A DNA stretch of 64,000 nucleotides. Source: Antedon mediterranea (lineage: Eukaryota > Animalia > Echinodermata). Position numbers and translations under genes: made by a program. Position 1 is the stretch's first letter. Each line of letters starts with the position of its first letter. Below are positions 12,859-24,860 of the stretch, one piece after another. The DNA is taken from the NCBI RefSeq assembly GCF_964355755.1, contig NC_092674.1, positions 26,288,001 to 26,352,000 of the forward strand. Direction: 5' to 3'. The notes beneath the pieces are model-generated. The model was not told the origin of the DNA and did no database searches. It saw only the letters and a list, made by a program, of their open reading frames with translations.

Positions 12859-14380
12859 TACAGTATTAATTATAAGTTTATAATTGGGATCTTTACTATT
12901 TAACTTGAAAATAGCTAACCATAGTGAAAACTACTGGATTGATTAATTTTAACAATTAAATTTGCTAAACTATAAAATAAGATCTTCAATGAATTGATTT
13001 AAGCAGTTGGTTTGTAAAGTTAATATATTTTCCAAAGTTTTTGTAACAGTCCACAGGCCAGGCCATAGGCAATTTACAAAACAAATTTCCCTTTCAGAAT
13101 AAAGGTCATTAGGAAAGTAGTTATTTGAATTTTAAATATTAAGTTATTTGAACTATTAACACTGTAATAGCCTATGTTTAAATAGTGAGGAAAACTGTAA
13201 AATAATTACCAGTAAATATATATACTTTATTGTATGCAATTAAACAATACACTAATTGTACTCCTGAAAGGGGTATAGGTCAAACTTGGGTCTCATTGGT
13301 GTGGTCAAAGGGTCATACAGTGATTAAAACAATTATATATAATAGTTGTGATTACTTTATAAGTATTTTAAAATAAATATTAGCACACAGGCACTGGGTC
13401 AGAGGGAAGTTAGCAGAACTAAAAAAAGATGTGGTTTGAAAAGAAAACCATTAAGGCGCAAAAGGAAAATGGTTAATGGTGATTTATGGTCAACAATAGT
13501 AGCCACAACAATTTGCAGTTTGCTTCCTCTGTACATGAATTGAAATGCAAATTGAATATTTTTGATTTTTTTTTTAATTTGGAGGTTTTATGAATCAGTT
13601 ATTTGCTAAGAGATTGAAGTTTTATATTTAAATTTAAATAAGTTTAGAGATAGGCAAGCAATGTGTGTGTGTCAAAACATTATTAACATTATAAACCTAG
13701 AAATTAATATCCTTTTTTTTACACTACCAATACCTGTTTTAAATATTGTAATTTCAAAATCCCCATTTTGCATTCAAATAATCTAGGAAAATGTAGTTTA
13801 ATAGGCCACTTTTCTGAAAATATCATTTTGCAAATCAAGAGAGCTTGAATCGAAGCTGAAAAATCAAACTTCAACAAAATGCATTTTTAATTAGAAGTAT
13901 AAATAATTGGAATGGCAAAGTATGTGCACTACCGAAGAAATATTGGACAAGTAACAAGGGACTTATAAGCTTTTGCTTCCAGTCTCTACACCAAAGTAAA
14001 GCTCTATTTTTCAAGGGTCCACTGCCCTGGCAAAAACAATTCTAGAATCTGAGCTAAGAGCATACTGATTAAGCGATCAAATTACTCTTACAATAACTTT
14101 AACTCATATGAGGAAGTCATTAATTCTCATGATAACCATCTAGGAAATGAAGAGTTTTGAACATAATTTCCTGCGATCAGATTACAAAAGCAATATAATT
14201 ATGATATCTTAAACAGTAGCTTCGTTGCATAATAAAGTTTGATGCCAAATTTTAGCAAAACAATAATATCATGTGTTAATCTGTCTGGATATGGAGGAAC
14301 TGCACAACTGTTTAGAGAGTGTAGTGTTTTAAGGTGCGAACAAGATTAAGAAGAAAGAAAATTCAACATTAAGTTCATAC

Positions 14381-14764
14381 CTATTTAACGTGTTATTTTT
14401 GTCTTCAGTGAATTGCATTGTTGGAGAATTTCCTTCCAAAGAGTCTAGTCTGTTTATTGCTATCTTAGCCTCTTCTGGTGATGGAGGTGGTGGCAACTCC
14501 ATGTCTCGAGTCTGAGACTTGTCTTCTAACACTTCTGGTGGAGGGGGTGGAAGATCTGGATAAGGCATGTCCATCTCTACAGGTGTTGCTGGTGGCGAGG
14601 GGAGTATAAAGCTTTCAGTTGTGTCGTATCGAACCTTATCGACATTTAATCTGGATCTAGATTCCTTCTGTTCTGTACCAACGATTATGTCTGGAGTTTC
14701 ACTGCTTCGGCCTGAACCGTCCGAGTCTTCATCACGACGAGAAGTTGACGAAATAATATTTGGA
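14381..14764 (-). CDS. Shroom: Shroom exon with LPPPP (EVH1-ligand-like) motifs
   Basis: ttttacag| acceptor and AG|gtatga donor, 384 nt, phase 2-2. Contains DLPPPPPE and ELPPPPSPEE. Confidence 0.9.
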
Positions 14765-14879
14765 CTGTAAAACAAAATTCAAATGGAAAGACTTACATTT
14801 TTAAAACTCAAGAAATGCAGATAACAATAGAGCAAACTAAGTATCTGATTCTCAGTATGTATAATTTGTTCAGTATCAC

Positions 14880-15016
14880 GGCAAAGACTAATACAGTGTC
14901 ACGTATGTATCACATGTGTATCATAGGTCATAATGTAAGTCTAACACATACATTAATTGCATATTACAGGAGCCACATGTGATACATAATATGACACTGT
15001 ATTACAGAATTTGCCT
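14880..15016. repeat. Short inverted-repeat element (MITE-like)
   Basis: ggcaaa..taatacagtgtca..tatgtatcacatgtg paired with cacatgtgatacata..tgacactgtatta..tttgcc. Confidence 0.6.
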
Positions 15017-15628
15017 ATTATACTCAAGACAAATAATGTCATATGATTGAACAGATACAGTACAGGGAACCGAGTGCAATAGAATACAATACTGCACTGT
15101 ACCTACAGGAGAGCAAAATACACTAAATATTTATGTGTACTTATATGTAACAGAAACCCAACAATACCAGAAACCCAAGATAAAATGCCAAAATGTTTAT
15201 CAACATTCTTAAATTAGTTCAATGTGTATGAATTTAAAGGGAAAAAAATGTGCAAAATATTTGTATAATTAGGTTCCTTCAGCTAAAAGGTATTTTGTAA
15301 CATCTTGTAAGTTGAGATGGATTCTAAAAAAAAAAGAATTGCTATAAGTATGCCATTTCAAAGTTTGACATATATAATGTTGTTGTTAACCATACCTTGA
15401 TGTTAAGGTGAATGTTAATAAATTTGAATTTATAGCGCCCTCAATATAAATCATGTATAATTCTTAGCAGGCTCACTTCAAACAAAATTTAAAGAGGGCT
15501 CACTCTATAATTGTAAGTTTTGTAAAAAAGCTGAACAATCCAGTGTATACAGATTGATAATTCAGGAATGAAACCAGATTTGATACTTCTATGATACTAG
15601 AGGTGCAGATAAATCGTTATTACTTTAC

Positions 15629-15693
15629 CTTGGAGCAGAAGTGGGAACCTCTTCTTCAGCTTCTAATATGGTGGTGTGTGATGTCTCGTTTTT
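15629..15693 (-). CDS. Shroom: Shroom exon (65 nt)
   Basis: ttttcatag| acceptor and AG|gtaaag donor, phase 0 to 2, KNETSHTTILEAEEEVPTSAP. Bridges the phases of the flanking exons exactly. Confidence 0.85.
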
Positions 15694-15876
15694 CTATGAA
15701 AAAAACCACAAAAATGTAATTGTGAACATTTACAGACTATTAAAATCTTGTAATACTGTACAACGAGAAATTAATTGTTTTCAAAATCTATTCGGAAAAT
15801 GGAATTTCCAGAAAAAAAAACGGGAAAGTAGATGATCTGGGCCAGCCCAAGGGTGTGTTTGCCCTATTTGGTTGTA

Positions 15877-16054
15877 CAGTTAACTCTCCCAATACCAGAC
15901 AACCTTAAACTGTTCTAATCAAACATTCTGGAAAGTCTGGTATCTGAATATGTTTTTTTAATGATAAAAAGAATTTGGGACCTTTTGGACATAAAGAAAA
16001 GTCTGTGTTTGGGATAACGGTTTTCAGGGAGTCTGGTATTGGGAGAGTTGACTG
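15877..16054. mobile_element. Tc1/mariner(pogo)-type MITE
   Basis: TA|CAGTTAACTCTCCCAATACCAGAC...GTCTGGTATTGGGAGAGTTGACTG|TA. Confidence 0.8.
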
Positions 16055-16145
16055 TACTATATCATGATGATGGGGAGAGATTGTAAGAGTTGAAAATTGA
16101 AGTTGAAAATAAAAGGTGCAACATAAAGAAATAAAATTTACTAAC

Positions 16146-19100
16146 ATCCGTTGGTATAATTGCTGGTTTCGAGGGTGGACTCTGATAGCAATTAGCAGGA
16201 GGCCAATCGGAAGTTTCTTCCACTCGGTATGGGTGCTTTTCTTGCAGGACAGTATTCATGTAGTTCTCCATGGATTCAATCCCATGCTGTTCATCTGAAA
16301 ACTGCTTAGGTGGTATCACTTTGACTGGAGTTGGCAATATTGATGTAGAGTGTGTTCGTCGAATGGAAGCTTTATGTGAACGGTCATTATTGGTGGAATT
16401 ATAGCTACCGATAGAAGGCCTGTAACTTGCAACTACGTCTGGATGAGATCTTTCACTGTAAGAGAATGTTTGTTGTCCATAACTGAACAAAGGCAACTTT
16501 CCAACTGTTGTTGGAGACGGTGGTTTAGGGCTTGGTGATAATGAAGAAGTCGAGCTTGCAGATGAAAGATGACCGGAATGGCTGTAGGAGCTGTGTCTTG
16601 AGCTCAAACTTGATGATTTGGAATGACTGGACCCAACTGGAGACGTCACCTGGTCTGAGATACTTCCTTGTCTAGAGCCACTAGATGTTGATCTAAGTGA
16701 GTTTGAACTCCCCATAGTATTCCGTTTAGACATAAATTCAGCATGACGTGGATCCTGCCCATGGAACTTAGCTTGAGCTTGAGGGTCAGACAGTCTTTGT
16801 GACTTTGGAATAGCACCACTTGGGTCAGACATCTTCTTGTGTCCTTGCATGTTATTTACTGGTTTCTTATGACGTTCCGAGTCAGACTTTGAATGCTGAT
16901 GTTCTCCTTTAACATTATCAAATTGCTTTCGATACTTCTTTGGATCAGAAAATCGACTTCTGTTAATTCTCTCAGTATCTATCTGACTGCGTTTGTACAT
17001 CTCAGAAGGTTTAAATCTGTTTTGCACACCATTATCTGAATCGATACTGTACTGCATAGAATGAGAACTCCTTCTACTGCTGCTACTACTGCTACTTGAA
17101 GAATCAGAATGTCTTGGTGATGGTTGTGTATTCGACATCTGCTGCAAGACTTTCTGTTGCACTGCTTTTAACTTTTGACTATAATCTTCATTTGTTTGTG
17201 CCTGACTGTTATCTTGATACCGTTCTTGCCTGTGCAGATTATGATCCCCAGCAGATGACAAAATATCTTGATACATGGTGTCACTTCTTTTGTTGCTTGA
17301 AGGACTGTGATAATCAGAATATGAACGTTCTTTATTATGGTCTTTGGTAGATGAATAATAGTCCGATATTTGTTTGTCAGGATAAGGTGCCATTTGATCC
17401 CTTTGCAGTTTTGACAAAAAGGAACTAGAAGGAAGCTTTTTCAAATCGCTGTTAGAAAAGTTTGAATCCCCAGCTGGTGCTGTATTGTTTAGGTTGTTTG
17501 ATTCAATATGTTGTTGTCTATATAAATTCATTTTTGAGTAATCTTCCGTAGCCAGACCGAAATTGTTCAGCGGTGGATCATCAACAAAAACATCAGAGTC
17601 GCTGCGTCCTCTTAAAGTTTGCTCAAAGTCTTCATCATACCCCTGTGAACTAATTGGAGAACGAATCCTTGAAGGCATTGGTGGATTGGCTTCTTCTTGA
17701 ACTTGTTTTGAGTTCCCATTAATTTTTTGATACTGAGCATCTGCAGTTTCAACAAGGTGCTTCCAGTTCTCTTCTTTTGTATGATCATCTGGACTCTTCC
17801 AATATCTACCAGGTACCGTTTCATCAAGAGAGGCACTCAATCGTTGGCTCCTGGTCGATTCATTTTCCATAATTGATTGCTTTTGTAAATATGTTGGAGA
17901 AACTGAACTGACAATGTCAGATGTTTTCCTGGAATGTGAAAGTTCAGAAGTGCTGGAAAATGTCCTCTTTATAACTGGATAAGTCTTCTCTCCAGTTTTG
18001 TAATTTATATGAACCTTGGGTTCATGAACATAAGTTTTGTCCATCCTCTCTGGAGAATATTCCTCATTCTGAAGAGATTGTTCAAGATAACTTTTATAAG
18101 TACCAACAAGGTTTTCTGAGCTCAAGGTGCTGGTAGGTTTAGGCAAGACATCTAAAGATGTATGATGCCTATTATTTTGGTTTGCTCTCCAAGGTTCCAC
18201 ATCGGTGTCTCTTGTAGGAGGAGACGGTACATCATAAGAATTATAATCGTAAGGCTTATTAGTGTCTTTTCCGTAAGTATATTCTTTGTCAGAAAGACCA
18301 GATTCTTCAGTCATAACTTCACAAAATGTTGCTGTAAACAGCCCAGAATGTGGGTCTTTTTTTGTCTCAATCTTTGGTGAAATTTTACTCGTTCTTGCAT
18401 TGTTCTGTACATTTTTTTCCTGTTCATTTGTGAAAGCACTCTCCCGCGTAACTGGTTCACGTTGAAGTTTAACAGGTGGCAATGAGTCGCTTGTAATGGT
18501 ATTCTTTTGTGTTGTTGCATTGCTGTTTGTCTGCATATTTGGTACAGTATGAACTGGCCAAGAAGATGATTTAACATGGTCGTGGATAACAATAGATGTT
18601 GGTAGACTAGACTCATCTCGAATTGGTGGTGGTGGTGGGTTCTTATCCACATTCACAACTGATTTACTTTGAACATAAACTTTGTCCTGTTTGTACACTG
18701 GTGTCTGGATGTCCTTTTGAGTTTTTTGCTTTTGGAATTCATGAGGATCAACTCCTACTGCCATTTGTCGCACTGGCATTTGGACTGTTCCCGAAGAAAA
18801 GTTATTGTTACTATAAACTGGGCTTTTGTGTATACAGTAATCTTGTACATGTGGATTATAAGAACTCCTCTTCACACTAGTTTTATCTGGAATAGTTCCG
18901 ACAAACGCAAGTGATTTATCTCTGCTAATTTGTTTTGAAACGACTTTTTGAGGATAGACATCGGCCGGCTCAATGTTTGAACGAAGTTTATGATTATAAC
19001 CATAGTGAATTGGTCCCGTTGTTAAATTTTCCAATTTAACATAGTCCTGACCGGTTCCAGAATAATTTGGTTTCGTTGTTACATGCATGTCAATTTGTGA

Positions 19101-19404
19101 AGCATACATTTTTACCATGCCACGCTTATTAGTTGGTTGATGATTTTCCGATTCATAAATATTGGAATTCAGATTACTACAAGATCTTGTACTTGTAAAC
19201 ATTTGATTTTTTTCTTGTTTTTGTGTGAAAGTGCCACTGGATCTCCGTGAATACATTTTTGGTTTTTCGTCGTCTCGAAAGAATGCAACTGGTTTATGTT
19301 CCTGTACGATGGATTCTTGACGCTTTTGAGGATCTGAGTTTTGTTTAGAGGTCAATATTCCAGGATTGTGCCATGAGTTCGGTCTTGGTGCTGGAGCAGG
19401 GTTT
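16146..19404 (-). CDS. Shroom: Shroom giant central exon (3,259 nt), low-complexity Ser/Pro/Gln-rich
   Basis: Carries the 1097-aa ORF. tttgtag| acceptor (phase 2) and GAT|gttagt donor (phase 0). Begins NPAPAPRPNSWH (cf. Shroom RPHSWH just after the PDZ) and contains PPPPPIRDES (cf. Shroom PPxPPxRSDS). Confidence 0.92.
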
Positions 19405-19858
19405 CTACAAACAAGAGGAAAAAATAGGTCATCACTAAAGAGGGCACATTGAATTTATGATACTTCTTCTGGATAAAGATATGGTAACTTACATTACATT
19501 TTTGTTTGAATCTGACTCAGTTTGATGGTGTCTTGTTTTAAAAGAATTGATTAACTATACTACAGGTAAAGGTATTTGATTCTTACTGAGTCTTCAAACA
19601 CAATCATGCCTTATGATTGCAAACATTCCAATGCTTATCAGAACTGGGTTTAAATTGCAATACACAAGCTTAACTGTAAACTGAAGGGAATTCGGATTAG
19701 GCCCATCACAGACCTACTGCAGCCAGCAGTGCAACGCCTACCAGATCCACTTCTTTAACATGCATTATATGTACAGTACACACGACCAACCACCCAACCA
19801 AAAACACACGAAACCCAAGGATATATACTTTGCAGATAATGCATTAATTTTTCCTTAC

Positions 19859-20053
19859 CCTTCTTTCTTTCTATTTCTTTTCACACCAAACAACGGACCC
19901 TTTACCGGTGACTCAGTTTGTGGTTGTTGTTGATGCATAAACATTACACTCTCCTTCTCGTGAATATGCTGTACTCGTTTATATAGTTCTGCAGATTTCT
20001 CTCGATTATACAACTCTGTTGAAGGATCATTACTTGGATATTCTGAAGGAACT
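19859..20053 (-). CDS. Shroom: Shroom exon (195 nt, symmetric phase 2-2)
   Basis: ttctctgcag| acceptor and GG|gtaagg donor. Open frame VPSEYPSNDPSTELYNREKSAELYKRVQHIHEKESVMFMHQQQPQTESPVKGPLFGVKRNRKKE. Confidence 0.8.
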
Positions 20054-20119
20054 CTGCAGAGAAGAAAATGTAATCAAATTACTGTTTAAATAGTAATAAT
20101 AATAATTAATAATAATAGA

Positions 20120-20240
20120 CCAGTGTCATCATGTGCCCATATATGGAAGTGATGACGTCATAACATTACCATATTTGGGAATATCACTACCATACAGGTA
20201 TTTGTAAACATCACACTTTAGTTTGATAGTGGTAGACACA
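20120..20240. mobile_element. MITE family A partial copy
   Basis: gtgcccatatatgg...ccatatttgg...agtttgatagtggtagacacagc. Confidence 0.65.
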
Positions 20241-21014
20241 GCAGCTTGTAATGACATTGGATGTGATGCAATATTTGCAGTGCTGTCTATCATTCAATAT
20301 GAACCACTAAGAACATTTTTTTGCATAATTACTGTAGTACAGTAGATCCTACAAGAATAATTATGTTTACATACATACTGTAAACTTAGGACGATGATTG
20401 ACTTTTAAACATACAGTAGCCTTTGTTTTGAAATTTGTATGCAACAGAAAACAGCCCATTGACCTAATTTAGAAACAATACTGTGCTGTATCATTTTTCA
20501 ACTGAATATTATACAACAATAAATCAATATTAAACATTTTTATATGCGATACAGTATTAATGTATATATTACATAAATATCAAGATGTTCACTTGTATTA
20601 TGTTTAAAGGACGTTTGTTCTACAAAAGATGTTAAAAATATTACAATTTAAATTACAATGTGGTAATAAACTATAGGAAGACAGAACAAAATAACATTGC
20701 AATGTTGGCATTGAGAACAGCCTTAATAATATTGATTTTTTCTTTGACAATGCTATGTTGACCTAGAACACGAACAGACATTCCAAATAGGCTTAATAAC
20801 TGGTAAACAAACGGCAAAATATTGTAAAACTATGTGCAGTCTTTGAACAGCACATACCATAGATCATTCAACAAAAGAACCACTTGCACATCGAAAATAA
20901 ACAATACAATGCAGCAATAACAAAAATTGTCCAAAATATGACTATATACAGCATATTCATTTTAACATACTTTTTTTAACATCTTAATGCCATGAAAGGT
21001 TGGACAATTCTTAG

Positions 21015-21728
21015 AGGCAGACATGTTGTTTCTAGGAAGACATGTTTGTTTTCTAGGAAGACATGTTTGTTTTCTAGGTAGACATGTTTGTTTTCTAGGA
21101 AGACATGTTGTTTCTTGGAAGAAATGTTGTTTCTAGGAAGACATTTTGTTTCTAAGCAGCCATGTTGTTTCTAGGAAGACATGTTGTTTCTTGGAAGAAA
21201 TGTTGTTTCTAGGAAGACATGTTGTTTCTAAGCAGCCATGTTGTTTCTAGGAAGACATGTTGTTTCTAAGCAGCCATGTTGTTTCCAGGAAGACATGTAG
21301 GAAGACATGTTGTTTCTAGGCAAACATGTTGTTTCTACTGTAGGCAAACATGTTTGTTTTCTAGGAAGACATGTTTGTTTTCTAGGAAGACATGTTTGTT
21401 TTCTAGGCAGACATGTTTGTTTTCTAGGAAGACATGTTGTTTCTTGGAAGAAATGTTGTTTCTAAGCAGCCATGTTGTTTCTAGGAAGACATGTTGTTTC
21501 TAAGCAGCCATGTTGTTTCCAGGAAGACATGTAGGAAGACATGTTGTTTCTAGGCAAACATGTTGTTTCTACTGTAGGCAAACATGTTTGTTTTCTAGGA
21601 AGACATGTTTGTTTTCTAGGAAGACATGTTTGTTTTCTAGGCAGACATGTTTGTTTTCTAGGAAGACATGTTGTTTCTTGGAAGAAATGTTGCTTTTAGG
21701 CAGACATGTTGTTTCTAAGCAGCCATGT
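21015..21728. repeat. 19/23-bp minisatellite with a 234-bp higher-order duplication
   Basis: Unit ctaggaagacatg(tttg)ttgttt; the block at 21276 recurs at 21510. Confidence 0.95.
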
Positions 21729-22415
21729 TCGATAATCTCGTCGTAGAATGTAAGCTACAGTATAATAAATCCAGACAGTACACACGCTCAAAATGTGTTA
21801 CTAGTAGTAGTAAACAAGTGGACAATATGAATATAACATTCTAGGCTAGCTCCTTTGAATACAAGGACATGCCTTGACAAACACAATGTCAATTGTCATC
21901 ACACTCTACAACTGAAGATCCTGTTTTGAAGTAGCTGGGATGGAGACTGATTAATATTCCGCTTGTGGTTTGTTTTTAAAAGATCTACTGTAGCTCCTTA
22001 ATACTCCTAGCTGTTTCTACCTGAGCAGTGCAAGTAGATCTTTTACAAGTTGTTAAAAGCAACTTGTGAGTTTACTAATCGAATACGTCTTTTATGTAAT
22101 GGAATTTAAAATTGTATATTTTATACCCCTTTCAAAACTCCACACAACGGGATGTCAACACCTGTATTTTGTATAGTGTGTGCCTTGATTTGAAAGGGCT
22201 GCCAATTCATCCTAAAAACAATATTCACAAAATAAAAGATACAACTGCATAAAGCAATTTGCATTAAGCACAATGACCGAAATTAAACTTGTTTGTACTA
22301 CCACCTGATGAACAAAATGGTTAGCACTTACTAATAATAATATTTATTTTTTTAATGGAATCAATACTACATCATTATGAATCATACAGATAGCCCAACC
22401 TTACTGTCAACTCAC

Positions 22416-22504
22416 AACGCTATTGTTTCTCTAACTATAGCTTCCTTCCGCGCGATAACACAAACTGAAATACTTTGCACTTGGCGTGGATTGACGTTAA
22501 ACAT
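22416..22504 (-). CDS. Candidate alternative first coding exon of Shroom
   Basis: MFNVNPRQVQSISVCVIARKEAIVRETIA, TT|gtgagt donor, 89 nt, phase 2, CpG-enriched surroundings. Confidence 0.4.
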
Positions 22505-23582
22505 GGAACTCTCCTGCTCTTTCACCCCGAAATGCTCTCTCGTTTCATTTGCTGATCAATGAAATTAATCCGTTTTTTTTTAATCGTGCCTACTGTATCT
22601 GTATCTCATTCGTAAAGATACAGTATTATTATAAAAACACACAACTACAGTCACCTGTAGGTAAACGTGAAGTGATGTAAACAGGAACGTGACACAGAAA
22701 TTATATCTATTCTAAAATATTATATACAATAAAAATATTAAAATAAAATATTATGAAGAATAAATCAGAACACATTTTTTCAAATTTTATAACTTTAGTT
22801 TTTAATTTTTACATACAGTACTGTACTGTACAGTATGATGATCATATACTGTAGTATGGCAGTATAATTAAGAATACTTAGCACATTGATACGCTCAACA
22901 CGATACATTAAAATTAAATGCGTAGTTGTGTACTGTATGACTGAGCAATGGGCGCGGTTCAAACATGTTTGTTTGATTGGTCGATGTGATGCAGCCAAAC
23001 TCGATAGCGGTGGAATCCTTTCTGTGCCGTGATTGCCAGAGTATACACTCTATGGCCTAGCCTAAACATGTCGCCAAAAAAACTACACTACATCTACAGT
23101 ACTTAGGTAAGGTAACAACTGATATGTCAATAACAGGGCCAATACCAGAGTGGTCATCATAGCCATTAATAGAAAATAATATTTATTTGGATTAAATAGA
23201 AATGGTTATTAGATTTCTTCCTACAATGTAGCAAAGAATCTGTATCCAAGGGTAAAGATAGTGTATAACAAGTTATGCCAACCACACAAGACATTAAACA
23301 TTGAAACCAACAACAGCAGAAGTATAACAATAGCAATTGTCTATTAGGGCGTACAGACACAATACAACAGAAAGAATTCAATCGCGTAAAAATATACTGC
23401 AAGAGGTTAGAAAAGCAAATAACACTTTACAACAACAGATAGTAGATCTCTCAGCTTTATTTTATCAATACCGAGTCTGGGGATGTCTAATATTTACTTA
23501 GAAAAACGATCTTAACGCAAGAAAGATGTAAGAAAACTTCCTTGTAGGATAATCTGCAGTATTCGATAAGGCTCACTTTGTT

Positions 23583-23725
23583 CTATGTCTGCACTATCAA
23601 ACTAGTTTGACAAAAAAGTATGATGTGCCCAAATATGGTAGTGATGTGCCCAAATATGGTAATGGTATTCCATCATCATGTCCATATTTGGGCACATCAC
23701 ATATTTTTGTCACATAAAGCTTGGT
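23583..23725. mobile_element. MITE family A copy
   Basis: Left TIR and internal repeats intact, right TIR degraded. Confidence 0.8.
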
Positions 23726-24727
23726 GGTACAGTAATATTAATGTACTATGTGACTAGAGTAAAATATATTTTTATCATAAAATAAAAGATAATCACATAA
23801 TTAAATGGTACAGGTATTAAAATACCATAAATATATAAATGTAATTTTTTAAGGTACAGTATTGTACCAAATAATTATTCTTTGTGTATTTATTATGAAT
23901 TACCGGCAAGAACTGAAACTGAATTATTATTGTTGTGTTGATATTCAAATGTGGAATGTAGTACTTTATGAAATTAGTAATTAATATGAATTCAAAATTT
24001 TATTTTTTATTTTATTTTATTCAAACTCATTCAACAGCGGGAAACCCGCCCCTTACAGAATGGAATAAACTATACCATATAAAAATATATATAAATCTTA
24101 AAATCTAACAATACAAATTTATACAATTTTACTAATTTTATTATTTAAATTGCAGACAAAATGTTATTATGTAGATTGTAACATTTACAATCCATACAAT
24201 ATGGCAATATTATCGTATTTTTCTATTTTTAACTGCATAAACATCCTAAAAAAGCCATTAAAACACAAATAAAATATTGCTTTTGTGCTTGGTAATTTCA
24301 ACATTAACTATTTGCTGTGTCTGCCAATATACAAATTCTGTTTTCAGTAAACAGTAAAATCTCTCCTTAGGTACTGTAGACCACAGAGAATAATTTCGCC
24401 AGTGTAGCATAGCAAAAAGCTATACAAAACAACCTTTTTGCTACACATTTCTACAATTGTGTAGCAAAAAATACAATACAAAACTATGTTTCTTGTCTAA
24501 AAAATCAGTTCGATTAGCAATTTTGCTAAACAAAATTTTCAAATGAAATTTTTCCCTGACTATTTAAGGGAAACCTCTATTAACGGGACACTTTCTTATA
24601 AAATGAACAAGTGAAAATATACTGTCTGTTTTAAACTTTGTTGTGAAGGTGTCCCCTTAACAGGTTCTACCAGTATCTCAACTGTACACACGGATATTTT
24701 AATTTTATAAGAATAATTTAAACTTAA

Positions 24728-24860
24728 GTGATTGATTGATTGAATTTATTTGATGCTCAACATTAAAATAACAAACAGACAAAAGACAAAATAACGAGCA
24801 TCAGGAACACCCATTAGGCCGGAAAAACCAGCCCATTTCCAATGGGGTCCAAATTGCACA
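24728..24860 (-). mobile_element. Probable LINE 3'-UTR remnant
   Basis: Stem-loop-like ggaccccattgg...taatgggtgttcc followed by AATAAA and a (TCAA)n tail on the minus strand. Confidence 0.5.

Noticed and set aside
21276-21746. Twin Cys-rich ORFs
   Set aside because: They are the higher-order repeat of a minisatellite.
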